This document shows, piece after piece, positions 12,436 to 27,645 of a stretch of 64,000 nt of DNA; position 1 is the stretch's first letter; each line of letters begins with the position of its first letter. Where the stretch lies: positions 6,271,653-6,335,652 of the forward strand of contig NC_057748.1 in assembly GCF_004010195.1 (NCBI RefSeq), in the 5' to 3' direction. A program made the translations under genes and the position numbers. Source of the stretch: Chiloscyllium plagiosum (lineage: Eukaryota). The notes under the pieces were generated by a model, which ran no database searches, had not been told where the DNA came from, and saw nothing but the letters and a program-made list of their open reading frames with translations.

Positions 12436-12710
12436 AGGAGAAAGTGAGGACTGCAGATGCTGGAGATCAGAGCTGAAAATGTGTTGCTGGAAAAGCGCAG
12501 CAGGTCAGGCAGCATCCAAGGAGCAGGAGAACCGACGTTTTGGTCATGAGCCCTTCCTCATTTAGAGGCTTGAAAGTTGTTGTGAACCCACTGTAAACAC
12601 TGTGAAGGTGTGGAGATGCAAGAGGAAACCTAGCTTGGCCGGAGTTGCGGGGGGTCCTGCTCCTTGGATGCTGCCTGACCTGCTGCGCTTTTCCAGCAAC
12701 ACATTTTCAA
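12436..12710. mobile_element. Penelope-derived hairpin element, family A, with captured internal DNA
   Basis: Inverted arms; 13 bp TSD cccccaaccctgg (12423-12435, 12711-12723). Confidence 0.8.
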
Positions 12711-13037
12711 CCCCCAACCCTGGGGATTCACAACAACTTTCAAGCCTCTAAATGGAGTCAGTGAAAAACATTTGAGAAGCAACGATGAATTTTGTGATCC
12801 CTTGCCACCTAACAATGTCAGTGGGGCAACAGGAGAAATACTGAGTGAAATGGAATAATATCACAATAAAAGGATTTTCTGCATTTGGCAGGTGTATCAG
12901 TGCATGCGCTCCTGTCTGTAGATCTGAGTTGGATTCCTTTGTAGCTATTAGCTTCTACCTGATCCAAAAATGCCCAATACCGACACCTGCTCCCCAAAAG
13001 GGGTAAGTACAACATCTCCCAGAGCCTATACCTCTCA

Positions 13038-13478
<441 letters not shown>

Positions 13479-14009
13479 CTAAGATCATCATTTAATTCTC
13501 CCAAACAATCTGTTCTGTCAATTGAGGAGGGGGGAACTGAACTATAAACGTAGAAACTAGGACCAGGAGGAGGCCAAACAGTCCCTTGATTCAGTAAGAT
13601 CACAGGTGATTTGATTACTTTGCATTTGTGTTCACACCTGACAATCTTTCATCCCTTTGCTTATCAGGAATCTATCTACCTCTAACTTAAAGATATTCAA
13701 AGAATGTTTCCACTGCCTTTTCAAGAAGAGAATTCAAGACTCTCAACCTTGGAAGAGAAGAATTCTTATCTCTGACTTAATGGGTAATTAATTCATCACT
13801 ATCATGGTGGAGCTCATGGTAATGTAAGAAGCTCTAAATCCTCACCCTGGGCATCATTTGCTCCCCAGTGTGTTTGGATTATGTCCGACTATGGGGAAAG
13901 GATCAATAACAAATGTGCTTAGTGTACAACAAGTTCACAAACACTACAATCCTCTATGTCCATTCAGATAGACATTCATACCGTGACAGGTTGTGCCTAC
14001 ATCTTGTTA

Positions 14010-15535
14010 CACAGTTGCAGAGATGCCCAGCACAGAAATAGACCCTTCAGTCCAACTTGGCCATACCAACCAGATATTCTCAATTAATCTACTCCCATTT
14101 GGTTGATATCCCTTCCTCTTCATATACGCATCCAGATGCCTTTTGAATGTTCTAATTATACCAGCCTCCACTGCTTCCTCTGGCAGCTCATTCCATACGC
14201 TACCACCCACTGTGTGAAAAGGTTGCTCCTTAGGTCCCTTTTATATCTTTCCCTTCTTTCCTTAAACCTATGCCCTCTAGTTTTAGATTCCCCCACCCTG
14301 CAAAAAAGACCTTGGCTATTTATCGTATCCATGCCCCTCATGATTTTACAAACCTCGTTAAGGTCACCCCTCAGCCTCGGAGGCTCCATGGAAAATGACC
14401 TCAGCCTATTCAGCCTCTCCCTACAGCTCAAACCCTCCAACTCTGGCTACGTTCTTGTAAATTTTTTCTGTACCCTTTCTAGTTTCACAACAGCTTTTCT
14501 ATAGCAGAGAAACCAGAGTTGAATGCAGTGTTCCAAAAATGGCCTAACCAATGTCCTGTACAGCTGCAACGTGATCTTCCAACTCCTGTACTCAATGCAT
14601 TGACCTTTAAAGGCAAGCATACCAAATGCTTTCTTCACTACCCTATCTACCTGTGACTCCACTTTCAAGGAACTATGAACCTTCACTCCAAGGTCCCTGT
14701 GTTCAGACACACTCCCTAGGACCTTGCCTTCAAGAGTATAAGTCCTGCCCTGATTTGTACTACCAAAGTGTAGCACCTCACATTTATCTAAATTAAACTC
14801 CATCAGCCACTCCTTTGCCCATCTGATCCAGGTCCCTTTGTAATCTGAGGTAACCTTCTTTGTTGTACACTACACTACACTAATTTTGGCATCATCTGCA
14901 AATGTACTAACCATGCCTCTTATGTTCACATCCAAATCATTTATATATACAACGAAAAGCAGTGGACCCAGCGCCTGTCCTTGTGGCACACCACTGGTCA
15001 CAGGCCTCCAGTTTGAAAATGAACCCTCCATCACCACCCTTTGTCTCCTAACTTCTAGCCAAATGGCTAGCTCTCCCTGTAGTCCATGTGATCTGAACTT
15101 GTTAACCAGTCTACCATGTGGAACCTTGTCGAATGCCTTACTGAAACTCGTACAGACAACGTGCATCCCCTGCCTTCATCAATCCTCTTCGACACTTTTC
15201 CAAAAAAACTCAAGTTAGTGAGACACTATTTCCACACACAAAGTCATGTTGATCATCCCTAATAAGTCCTTGCCTTTCCAAATACATGTAAATCCTATCC
15301 CTCAAAATGCCCTCCAATAACCTGCCCACCACTGATGTCAGGCTGACTGGTCTACAGACCTGATGTCCTACTGATGTCAGGCTCACTGGTCTACAGTTCG
15401 CTGGCTTTTCCTTATCACCTTTCTTTAAAAAAATGGCCCCACGTTAGCCAACCTACATTGTTCCAATACCTCACTCATGGCTATCAATGACACAAATATT
15501 TCAGCAAAGGGCCCAGCAATCACTTCCTTAGCCTC
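14010..15535 (-). mobile_element. CR1 LINE, 5'-truncated, RT domain to 3' end
   Basis: [49 protein letters not shown]. Confidence 0.92.
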
Positions 15536-15571
15536 CTAGATGGTAGAACAAGTGTGAGAATCTGAATGTTG

Positions 15572-15932
15572 CTTGTATTTGGAAAGGCAAGGACTTATTA
15601 GGGATGGTCGACATGACTTCTTGTGTGGAAATAGTGCCTCACTAACTTGAGCTTTTTGGAAAAGTGTCAAAGAGGATTGATGAAGGCAGGGGATGGACAT
15701 TGTCTGTACAAGCTTCAATAAGGCGTTCGACAAGGTTTCACTTGGTAGACTGGTTAACAAGTTTAGATCACATGGAATACAGGGAGAGCTAGCCATTTGG
15801 ATACAAAATTGGCTAGAAGTTAGGAGACAAAAGGTGGTGATGGAGGGTTCATTTTTAGACTGGAGGCCTGTGACCAGTGGTGTGCCACAAGGATCGGCGC
15901 TGGGTCCACTGCTTTTCGTCGTTTATATAAAT
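15572..15932 (+). mobile_element. Inverted duplicate of part of the adjacent CR1 RT region
   Basis: Reverse complement of about 14938-15287; [13 protein letters not shown]...[14 protein letters not shown]. Confidence 0.85.
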
Positions 15933-15934
15933 GG

Positions 15935-16662
15935 GTTTTAAGTCTCCTTTAGGTAAAGCAAATACACATCACTGAAAACAAGTCAAGATGCCTGATTGAA
16001 ACATTCATATAGGGACATGAGATGATGCTGCTCCTTTAATAAGGTTATGTTGTCCTTGGCTATTTTTTCAGAGAGGTCGTAAAAGACACAGACTCTGCAA
16101 AGTCTAAATTGAAGGGTTTTAGAGCCAATTTGATTAGAGCTAAACAGATACTGCCTCAGGCAAAAGGCTTTCAAGTTTTAAAAAAACACTTGTACAATGA
16201 AAGGGGAGTGAGCAGTTCTCCCAGCTCAGCTTTTCTCTGGCACTCTGGCTGTTCACTGACAGTGGTCAGGCAGCTGTAAAAGTTGCTGGACCCAAAGATG
16301 CAGGTGCAGGCTGATCCTCCCTCTCTCTCTCTCTCTGACATCTCTCCTGTAAGACCCTGTGTTTGATTGTACCTTTTGTGCCAAAGGCTGTTTATGGGGA
16401 CTGTTGCAGGTATTTGGAACAGCATCATTAAGTTGGGATGATCTGTTGGGTTTTTGTAGAGGTTAAGTTATTCAGTATTCTTTTCTCTTTTGTTTGTGTT
16501 TCATTCGGTAATCTTGTAAATAAATTCTGTTTTGTTTAAAACTAAGTGGTTTGATCAGCTGATTATCTTCTGGAATATCCAATTTACACCTGCTTAAAAC
16601 AAAATTAGAGTCTGGGCCACTTTCTTGAAATGTGTTGAGGGGGTCTGGCATGGTCCATCACA
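15935..16662 (+). mobile_element. Possible solo LTR fragment
   Basis: CT-microsatellite, AATAAA near 16518 and a terminus ...ggtctggcatggtccatcaca ending in CA; 5' end not identifiable. Confidence 0.35.
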
Positions 16663-17181
16663 GACATTACATTAAAATCAAAGTCAGACCACTCAAGAGA
16701 GCATTTGAGAAACACTTCCTCACTCACTCCTACCAAGAGTCGGTACTCGTTTTACCAAAAATTTAAAGTCTAAGATTAATTTTTTTTTTGCTAGGTCAAG
16801 GTTATTAAGGAATATGGAATCAAAGTAAGTTATTGAAGTCATAGATCAGCCACAACCTTGGTGGATAGTGGAAAAACATGAGAGTCTGAATGTTGTGTTC
16901 GAGTGAGTCAAAGCAAAAATGGTCTCTCCTTAACCTGGAGTGCTGAGGTCAGTTATAACAATTTTGGTGAGAACTACTGAAAGGTACAAGAGTGTGGGAT
17001 GCAGGTTAATACAGTAAATGAACTGCCCTCCCTTTATTTATGGACCTCTTCAAAGATGGTCACAACTGAATGCTCGCTGTGCTGGAATCTCAAAACCGGT
17101 TGCTACAATTATGCTACACAGTAGTTTTAAAAAAAAACTCAAAGCTTCTCATTCACTTTTCCTAACGTTCTGAAAGCTTCA

Positions 17182-17319
<138 letters not shown>

Positions 17320-18609
17320 TTAAGCAAAATGCACACCCTTTCTCACTGTCTTATATTTCAATGTATCAAGGTTTCACAGCCCAGCATTGTGAAATGATTT
17401 TGCTTCAAATGGGATTTTAAAAATTCTTTTCACGGGATATAGAATTGTCGGCTACACCAGCATTTGTTGTGTCCCCCTTAATTGCCCTTGTGGTTGGTGA
17501 CATTGAGCAGCATTCTTGAACCACTGAATCCCATGTAAAAAGTGGCTGAACACAAAAATGTCCTGAAAATTTCTTTTACCAAGGAATTGTGTAAGTATAA
17601 GCATTGTTAATTATCTTTAATAAATGCACAGGCCTCTTTAAATATGTAGAAATCCGGGAGTCCCTTTTGTCTATCTTCTATTACTCTCAAGACTGTGTTA
17701 AAATCCCCAAAACGACCTCAGCGTTCTGACTTCTGTAACGCTCTTTGTTGTCATTGTTCTGTGACCTACTGCAACATTCCTGGACTGATCTCCTCAATGT
17801 TCCCTGACTTTCATAGAACAAGGGAGTAGGAAAAGGGGTGCAGGGAAAGGGCAGGAAAGTGGGCGTGAGGAATGTCGGAACATTCACAATTCTATAGAAC
17901 GGAGGAGCAGGATCAAGGGCCTGAACGGTCAACACTTCTCCTGATCTCCAACTCCTACACTACACCTGACCTCTCAAGGACTTTGCTGCTCACACGCACC
18001 CCATCCACATCCCAGTCTGCAACTCCTGAGCTAACCAACCTTCGTTTCTGCCTCTGATTCACTTCTCCAGCTATGAGGTGGGACTGCAGAGGCCGCAACA
18101 GCCGAGCCTGAGACAGACGGAATCTCTGATTTAAGGAGCAGCGAGGTCTTTCCCTCCTCCTGTTGCTCCCCACTGCACTCCATTGCTAAGAGCTTGAAGT
18201 GCCCATTTTCGTTTAGACACTTCGCTGTTAAAAATTGATTGTTTGTTGGAGCTATCAGTTGACCGACAGTCGCTTGGATTAAGCTGCTCCTTGAGTGGCT
18301 TTGTAGGTTGTCAGACAGTCACGCTGGAAACAAGTGGAAACGGGGGCTGTGAAACTGAGTGTTCCAATTGTTTTCAACACAATTGTCCAGAAATCCATGT
18401 TACAGCCCAAGAAGCAGCTAATCAGAGTTACCACCAGTCAAATTACAAATGGATTTTTTTTAATACATAAAGAAAGTCCTTGAAGGTTGGAAAGAAGAAT
18501 CCAAATGGTAGTTTTCCAAAATCCTAATGGCAAAGATTTCTCAGCTCTGGTGTGGTGCAAGTGCGCTAACAGTACTTCAGCAACTCACAGTTAATAGGAA
18601 ATGGCTTTA

Positions 18610-19076
<467 letters not shown>

Positions 19077-19384
19077 TTATCTAAGCTTAGTGCTTCTGTG
19101 ACTGACATGGATGCACAACGCTGAAATCCATGCTCCCAGTAACCGGTATTATTGACTTGAGATGCAATAACTACAAGATTGAAGGAGAAATTGCTTTTAA
19201 AAAATACCAGAGAACGAGGACAAACTGGACAGTGGAAACTACCAAAGAAGAGGCAAAACAATGCCAATGGCCCAACTAGGGCTTTGGAGAGAATGAACAT
19301 TTGTGCCACATCAGCCACCTGTCAGACCAGTGAAAATCAAACAGGTCAAAGCCAACAAATATGAAATAGAAACAAAATTGAGAC

Positions 19385-19905
19385 AACAATTCTGATCTCC
19401 CTGCTATAGGAAAGATGTCGTGAAACTTGAAAGGGTTCAGAAAAGAATTACAAGAATGTTGCTGGGGTTCGAGGATTTCTTCTCTCGGGACAGGCTGAAT
19501 AGACTGGGGTTATTTTCCCTGGAGGGTTGGAGGCTGAGGGGTGACCTTTTAAAGGTTTATTATATCATGAAGAGCATGGATAGGTGAATAACCAAGGTCT
19601 CTTCCCTGGGGTGGGGGAGTCGCAAACAAGAGGGCATGGGTTTAAGGTGAATGGAGAAAGATTTAAAAGGGATGTAAGGGGTAACGTTTTCATGCAAAAG
19701 GTGGTGTGTGTATGGGATGAGCTGCCATAGGAAATGGTGGAGGTTGGTACAATTACAGCATTTAAAAGGCACCTGGATGGGTATATGAATAGGCAGGGTT
19801 TCAAGGGATATGGGCCAAGTGCTGGCACATGAGACTAGATTAATGTATGATATTTGGATGAGTTGGACCCAAGGGTTTGTTTCCATACTGTACAATTCTA
19901 TGTCT
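19385..19905 (+). mobile_element. CR1 LINE 3' fragment
   Basis: YRKDVVKLERVQKR.TRML.G..., conserved 3' tail. Confidence 0.85.
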
Positions 19906-20223
19906 GTGTTTGGAGCACAGTTTGCCAATGTATCAGGAAAGGGATGTTGATATCTGGACCACAGGCTGTAGTTTAGTCATACTGTGTTTGAGACACATGG
20001 GGCTCACGAAATACAGTAGAAAACTTTTTGACCTATGAGCACCACGGTTATGACAGCAGGGACAAAAATAATTAAAATAAAGAGGCAGTAAAATAGCAGT
20101 AACGTGCAGTTTGCTAGGATTTTTCACCCAGGCCACAACAGATCCGACAGCTATGATGATGATTTGGGTTGTGAAATCCCACATGGCAGTGAAGGATGTG
20201 CGTACAAGGGTTATACAAAACAT

Positions 20224-20430
20224 AGGAGAAAGTGAGGACTGCAGATGCTGGAGTACCAGAGTTGAAAAATGTGGTGCTGGAAAAACACAGCAGGCCAGGC
20301 AGCATCCGAGGAGCAGGAGAATTGACGTTTCGGGCATAAGCCCGATTCCTGAAGAATGGCTTATGCCTGAAACGTCGATTCTCCTGCTCCTCGGATGTTG
20401 CCTGGCCTGCTGTGTTTTTCCAGCACCACA
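20224..20430. mobile_element. Penelope-derived hairpin element, family A
   Basis: Inverted arms of about 70 bp; hammerhead core CTGAAGA(20349)...GAAACGTC on +; perfect 15 bp TSD ttatacaaaacatag (20211-20225, 20431-20445). Confidence 0.85.
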
Positions 20431-20934
20431 TTATACAAAACATAGCACAGGTTAATAGTATTTTTCTTTCTGCCTCTCATGCTGAGCTTTAGGCTGCAAT
20501 TGAAAGCTTGCTTGATGATTGGTTACATTCACTTTGCGTCCAACACTGCATACTCATCCTTCCCATGATGCAGGCAGCAAGCTGGTGGACCTCTGTTTGT
20601 GTGTTTCAGAAACAGTGTCAATCAAATCTAGCCAGATGAACATTGTAAGTATGTGTTATAGCAAGGTATGCAACCTGGCAGCAGAGCATTAAATCTGAGC
20701 CTGATTCCACTTTCATCTTAATTTCACAAAATGTTTTAGTTGGCAGGAAGGGGTGTTAGGAAGTTGAAGTTAACGAATAAAGACTAGGTGGGAGTCCAGG
20801 TTCAATCTCCTTTCATCTCAGCCTACAGGTTCCAAGATCAACTGAAGTGACACTGCCACTGGGAAGCCTGAGATCAGCTTGCAGAGCAGACACAGCCCTG
20901 CACTCAGTCGATGGCTATCTTTTGGAGGTACTGT

Positions 20935-21489
<555 letters not shown>

Positions 21490-21949
21490 TTAATTTCAGT
21501 TTTGTTTTCCCATTCACACCCACCTGGTTTCCTGAGGTAGCGGTGCATTTTTACCAACTCAGTGAGCCTACGTCAGCATTGTAAACAAGTTATTCTGTCA
21601 GTGTTAGAAATGCAGGCTTCTTTTGCAGCTCCAGAGATGATGGAGAGGAGTTGGTACATGTCACAATACATCTGAAAATAGGTTGATTAAAATAGAAAGA
21701 GCTGGGTTCTGTGAGGACACTTTTGGAATAGTGGTAGTGTCCCTACCCCTGGGCCAAGAGGTCTGAGTTCAACTCCCCACCTGCCCTGGATGTGCGTCAC
21801 AACATGTTGGAACAGGGTGATTAAAACAGCTGCTAAGAGTTGGGCTCCTTCCTCTTCAAATCCATTTTAATTCCCTATCCTTCCCTCTCATCACCCCTGC
21901 TGGGCACTGCTTGTATAAACAACAATTTACTGGTGACAAGGGTTATTCA

Positions 21950-22165
21950 GTGGAAGACACCTGGGAATCACTTGTCCAAGATTTCCCGAAGTGGAGGAGG
22001 AGCATCCGGGAAGGTGTTGAAAAAGCAGAACGCACACCTATTCCCGGAACCACCTTCTGTTCCAAGTGTTACAGAGCCTGCGGCAGCTGCGTCAGCCTGT
22101 ACAGCCATCTACGGACACACCCTAAGAATGGGAGAGAGTCATCTTCATCTGCAAGGGACCTCCAA
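21950..22165 (+). mobile_element. RTE-clade LINE 3' end
   Basis: DTWESLVQDFPKWRRSIREGV...CSKCYRACGSCVSLYSHLRTH, the C-terminal C2H2-like motif of RTE ORFs. Confidence 0.75.
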
Positions 22166-22875
22166 TGAAAAAGTGCAAGTTTTAAAACAAAACAACTGCT
22201 TCCTTGTAAGACTTCTGCGGTGTAGCGGTAGTGTCCCTACCTTTCAGCCAGAAGGTCCAGGTTCAAGTCCCAACTTCAGAGGTATGTTATAACACATCTG
22301 AATATTTGGGTTCCCACCACTTCCAATTCCATTTTACTTTAATCCCTCAGTCTTTCCCTACATTTCCATTTTGTTAATTGTGCCTTTTACTTAGTGGGCA
22401 GTGCTTTAACTTATCAATTTAATGGTGATATTGGTGTTTTGAAAAATAAGGATTCACTTACTGACACCAAGGAGAAAGAATGCTATTCCCCACAGAAACG
22501 CACATGCGCATTAACATATGCATCTGTGAATGGGAAAGGGATTGGGCAAGGACAGGACCACAGGCGAGGAAGGAAGGAGCATCAGACTCCATCGTTACCC
22601 CCCCATCCATATTCTCTTCACAGTACCCCCCCACCCCCTTACATTCACTCATCCAACCCTCCAGCCTCATCCATGCCCTGCCCCATCCTTCCAACCTCAT
22701 TCATTCTCAACTCCCTACAGTAAACTCCCCCACCCAAAAATTCATATTTTGGAGAGACCCTCTCCCCTACCAATCCTAGAGACCTTTTCTTCTGCCGAAT
22801 CCTGTTTCAATGTCACATTTGTTCTGTGTTTAAGCACAGTGTGGGCTTTGTACATAACACAAAGACAGAGGGTTT

Positions 22876-25475
22876 TACCTGATCAGGCATTCCCCAAGAC
22901 GTTGTGGGAAGCCAGGGCAGGGATTGCTGGGCCCCTTACAGAGATATTTGTATCATTGACAGCCAAGGGTGAGATGCCGGAAGATTGGAGGTTGGATAGT
23001 GTGGTGCCATTATTTAAGAAAGGCGATAGGAAAAGCCAGGGAACTATAGACCAGTGAGCCTTATGCTGGGTAAGTTGTTGGAGGGAATTCTGACAGAAAG
23101 GAATTATTTATTTGAAAGGCAAGGAATGATTAGGGACAGTCAACATGGCTGTGTGCATGGGAAATCGTGTGCCTCGAGATTTGGTGTTGGGTACACTGCT
23201 TTTCGTTATTTATGTAAGTGATTTAGAGTCATAGAGATGTACAGCATGGAAACAGACCCTTCAGTCCTACCCGTACATGCCGACCAGATATCCCAATCCA
23301 ATCTAGTCCCACCTGCCAGCACCCGGCCCATATCCCTCCAAACCCTTCCTATTGGTATACGTATCCAAATGCCTCTTAAATGTTGTAATTGTACAAGCCT
23401 CCACCACTTCCTCTGGCAGATCTTTTCACACACGTACCACCCTGTGTGTGAAAAAGTTGCCCCTTAGGTCTCTTTTATATCTTTCCCTTCTCACCCTAAA
23501 CCTATGCCCTCTAGTTCTGGACTCCCCGACCCCAGGGAAAAGACTTTGTCTATTTATTCTATCCATGTCCCTCATGATTTTGTAAACAACTAGAAGGTCA
23601 CCCCTCAGCCTCCGACGCTCCAGGGAAAACAGCCCCAGCTTGTTCAGCCTCTCCCTATAGCTCAAATCCTCCAACCCTGGCAACATCCTTGTAAATCTTT
23701 TCTAAACCTTTTCAAGCCTCATAATATCTTTCCGATAGGAAGGAAGCCAGAACTACATGCAATATTCTAACAGTGGCCTAACCAATGTCATGTACAGCCG
23801 CAGCATGACCCCCCAACTCCTGTACTCAATACTCTGACCAATAAAAGAAAGCATACCAAACGCCTTCTTCACTATCCTGTCTACCTGCGACTCCAGTTTC
23901 AAGGAGCTATGAACCTGCACTCCAAGGTCTCTTTGTTCTGCAACACTCCCTAGGGCCTTACCATTAAGTGTATAAGTCCTGCTAAGATTTGCTTTCCCAA
24001 AATACAGGAATATACTTTCTCTGGATTCTTGCTATCTCATTTCTGAAGGCTTCCCATTTTCCAGCCATCCCTTTAACTGTGAACATCTGCCTCCAATCGG
24101 CTTTTGAAAGTTCTTGCCTAAAACTGTCATTATTAGCCTTTCTCCAATTTAGAGCTTCAACTTTTAGATCTGGTCCATCCTTTTCCATCACTATTTTAAA
24201 TTTATTAGAATTATGGTCAATGGCCCCAAAGTGCTTCCCCACTGACACCTCAGTCACCTGCCCTGCCTTATTTCCCAAGAGTAGGTCAAGTTTTGCACCT
24301 TCTCTAGTAGGTACATCCACATACTGAATCAGAAAATTGTCTTGTACACACTTAAGAAATTCCTCTCCATCTAAACCCTTAACACAATGGCAGTCCCAGT
24401 CTATGGTTGGAAAGTTAAAATCCCCTACCATAACCATCCTATTATTCTTACAGATAGCTGAGATCTCCTTACAAGTTTGTTTCTCAATTTCCCTCTGACT
24501 AGTAGGTCGTCTACAATACAATCCCAATAAGGTGATCATCCCTTTCTTATTTCTCAGTTCCACCCAAATAACTTTCCTGGATTTTACTTGGATGTGAATA
24601 TAGGAGGCATGGTTAGTACGCTCGCAAATGACACTAAATAGGTGGTAAAGTGGACAGTAAAGAAGACTATCTCAGAGTACCAATGGGATCTTGATCAGAT
24701 GGAGTTTAATTTAAGTATATGTGAGGTGTTGCATTTTGGTAAGACAAACCAGGGCAGGACTTGTACAGTTAATGGTAGAGCCCTGGGAAGTGCTGCTGAA
24801 CAAAGAGACCTTTAGGTGCAGGTGATCAGTTCCCTGAAAGTGGAATCGCAGGTAGACAAGGTGGTGAAGAGGTGTTTGGAATGCTTGTCTTTATTGGTCA
24901 GAACACTTGAGAATAGGAATTGAGGCATCATGTTGCAGCTGTACAGGACAATGGTGAGGTCACTGTTAGAATACTGAATTCAATTCTCATCACCCTTCTA
25001 TAGGAAGGATGTTGTTAAACTTGAGAGAGCGCAGAAAAGATTTGCTGGGAATGGAGGGTTTGAGTCACAGGGACAGTTTCAGTGTTGTTCCCGGGAGCGT
25101 CGGAGGCTGAGCGATGATCTTACAGAAGTTTATAAAATCATGAGGGGCACATATAAGGTGAATAGCTAAGGTCTTTTTTCTAGGGTGGGGGAGTCCAAAG
25201 TTTTAAAGTGAGAGGGGAAAGATTTAAAAAGAACCCGAGGGGTAACTTTATCACGCAGATAGTGGTGCTTGTATGGAATGAGCTGCCAGAGGAAGTGACG
25301 GAGGCTGGTACAATTACAACATTTAAAAGGCATCTGAATGGGTGAATGAATAGGAAGTGTTTAAGAGGGATATGGGCCAAATGCTGACAATGGAATTGGA
25401 ACAGACTGGGATGTCTGGTCGGAGCGGACAAGTTGGACCGAAGGATCTATATTCGTGCTGTATGATTCTATGATT
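22876..25475 (+). mobile_element. CR1 LINE (host), split at about 23225/24582 by a younger antisense CR1
   Basis: PEDWRLDSVVPLFKKG..PGNYRPVSL, then after the insert LDVNIGGMVS..ANDTK through to the 3' tail. Confidence 0.8.
23226..24581 (-). mobile_element. Younger, internally deleted CR1 LINE nested in the host CR1
   Basis: Endonuclease region (24004-24580) joined directly to the post-RT C-terminal region (23226-24003). Confidence 0.85.
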
Positions 25476-26486
25476 CTCTAAACACAAGTTTCTGAGTGAA
25501 TGCGCACACACAGTTGCTCTGCGGATACAGTGTCAACAGACACTGCCTTAAGAAACAGCTGGTTCCCACTCTTTCCAATTCCATTTTGATCTTGCCTTTC
25601 CCTTTTTCACTACCCTTTGGTTTTATTGCACTGTCCCAGTGGTCAGTGCCTGTAATTCGTTAGTTGTTTAATTCGTGAAACTGGCAATTTAAAATTGAAA
25701 TTGAAAGTTTATTATGACCCCCCCCAAACTCCATTTTGATTCAGTCCCATCCATTGTTTCAGCCTCTTTTTGTTATTGTTACATTGCCCTGGAAGGGTGT
25801 GTAATTTGATTACAGGGTGATCGGGTAATTTGGTGATCAGTTAAACTGTAAAGAAAAGTGCTGAGTTCCTACAGCTCCCAGTGAGCAGTGTTTGTGTAAT
25901 TTGTTAACTAGGGATTTGGTAGTTTGATTTTCTTAGAAACAGATGGCTTCTTTTTCGACACAGAAGGGCCAAAAAGGAAAGGTAGAAACTGGTGTTTGTT
26001 TTAGACTATAGATTTACAATAAAACTCTTGTAAATCTCTGAAAGACATTTGCTGCCTAATTTAACATCTGCAACTATAAACAATTTAACAGTCCAGTGTA
26101 ATCCAACAAACACACACAGAAAGATATCATCTAGTCAGTCACTAACAACATCTTCTCCAATTTCTCCTCTTGCTCTTCAAGGGGAAGGGTGTGGTGGACT
26201 TCAATGAAAATCTCAATAGGATCTACGTGTGTGTGTGTGGGTGAAGCTTCCTTCCCTCCACCCTAACCACTGAAAACTGCCACTAAATGTTAACATGCAC
26301 ACTGATATTTTCAGTAGGAGCTTCTCATAGAAACAGAAAATAGGAGCAGGAGTAGGTCTACTCCGCCATTCAATGTGATCACCCAACTCAGTAACCTGTC
26401 CCCTCTTTGTCTCCTTTGATCCCTTTAGCTCCAAGAACTATATCTAACTCATTCAGTGTCTCAGTTCTCCAGCAGCTAGGGTTTTA

Positions 26487-26654
<168 letters not shown>

Positions 26655-27495
26655 TTAGTTATATCAGACAGCTGTTAAAAACCTTGGGCTCCATCCCATA
26701 TGAAGTAGTACAATTTAATTTTAAAAGAATTGAAGTTGCTCCCCCAACCAGGGCCTACTAACCAACACAAAAAAGCGATCAAAATTAGGACATTACTCAT
26801 CCCTGTGGCTCGACCACATCTGTGACCCATTGGACAAAATGAAACTCTCAGCCATAATGTCATCACCCGCGGAAACAGAAAATCAAAGTCAAGTTGGACT
26901 GAGGGGTCTGTTTCTGTGCTGTATAATTGTGACTCCTTTTCACCAGGCTTTTGTTATGTTCCTGTTCAAGCAGCATTTACAGAAGGGTTGTGACTAAAAC
27001 ATGACTGCAATAGCAGCATCAGATAGAGAGATATTGTTCAGCAAGGGGGTGAAACCTTGTCGTGGACACGGACAGGAATGTGGATTTCTGGTTACGATCA
27101 GAGCAGCTATCGTCTTCTTAAACATCATAGCTGGCTCCAGGCTCAATCTTGCTTCTCGTTCAGATGTCCAACATCTGGAAGTGCATGTGCTTTGGAAAAT
27201 AGCTACCTGAGCAGATGGCAAGATCACCAATAGGGGATACCTCCTCGAGGACAGTACAAAGGGAAGTAGGCAAGTTGCAGCACCACTTACATAACGATAT
27301 ACATAGCTCCCTCGCAGAACTTCAAGTTATTACACTAACTTCAAAGGCAACACTGATCATCTTTATATGTTGCTGCAGCTCAGATAAGGGGTTGGCAGAG
27401 AAAGAAGAACTGGAGAAGGTTGAGAATAGAACAACCGGGACGGGCAGGCAATGCAGACCATCCGAGGGAACAATCACAATATTTCTCATCAGTTA

Positions 27496-27645
<150 letters not shown>

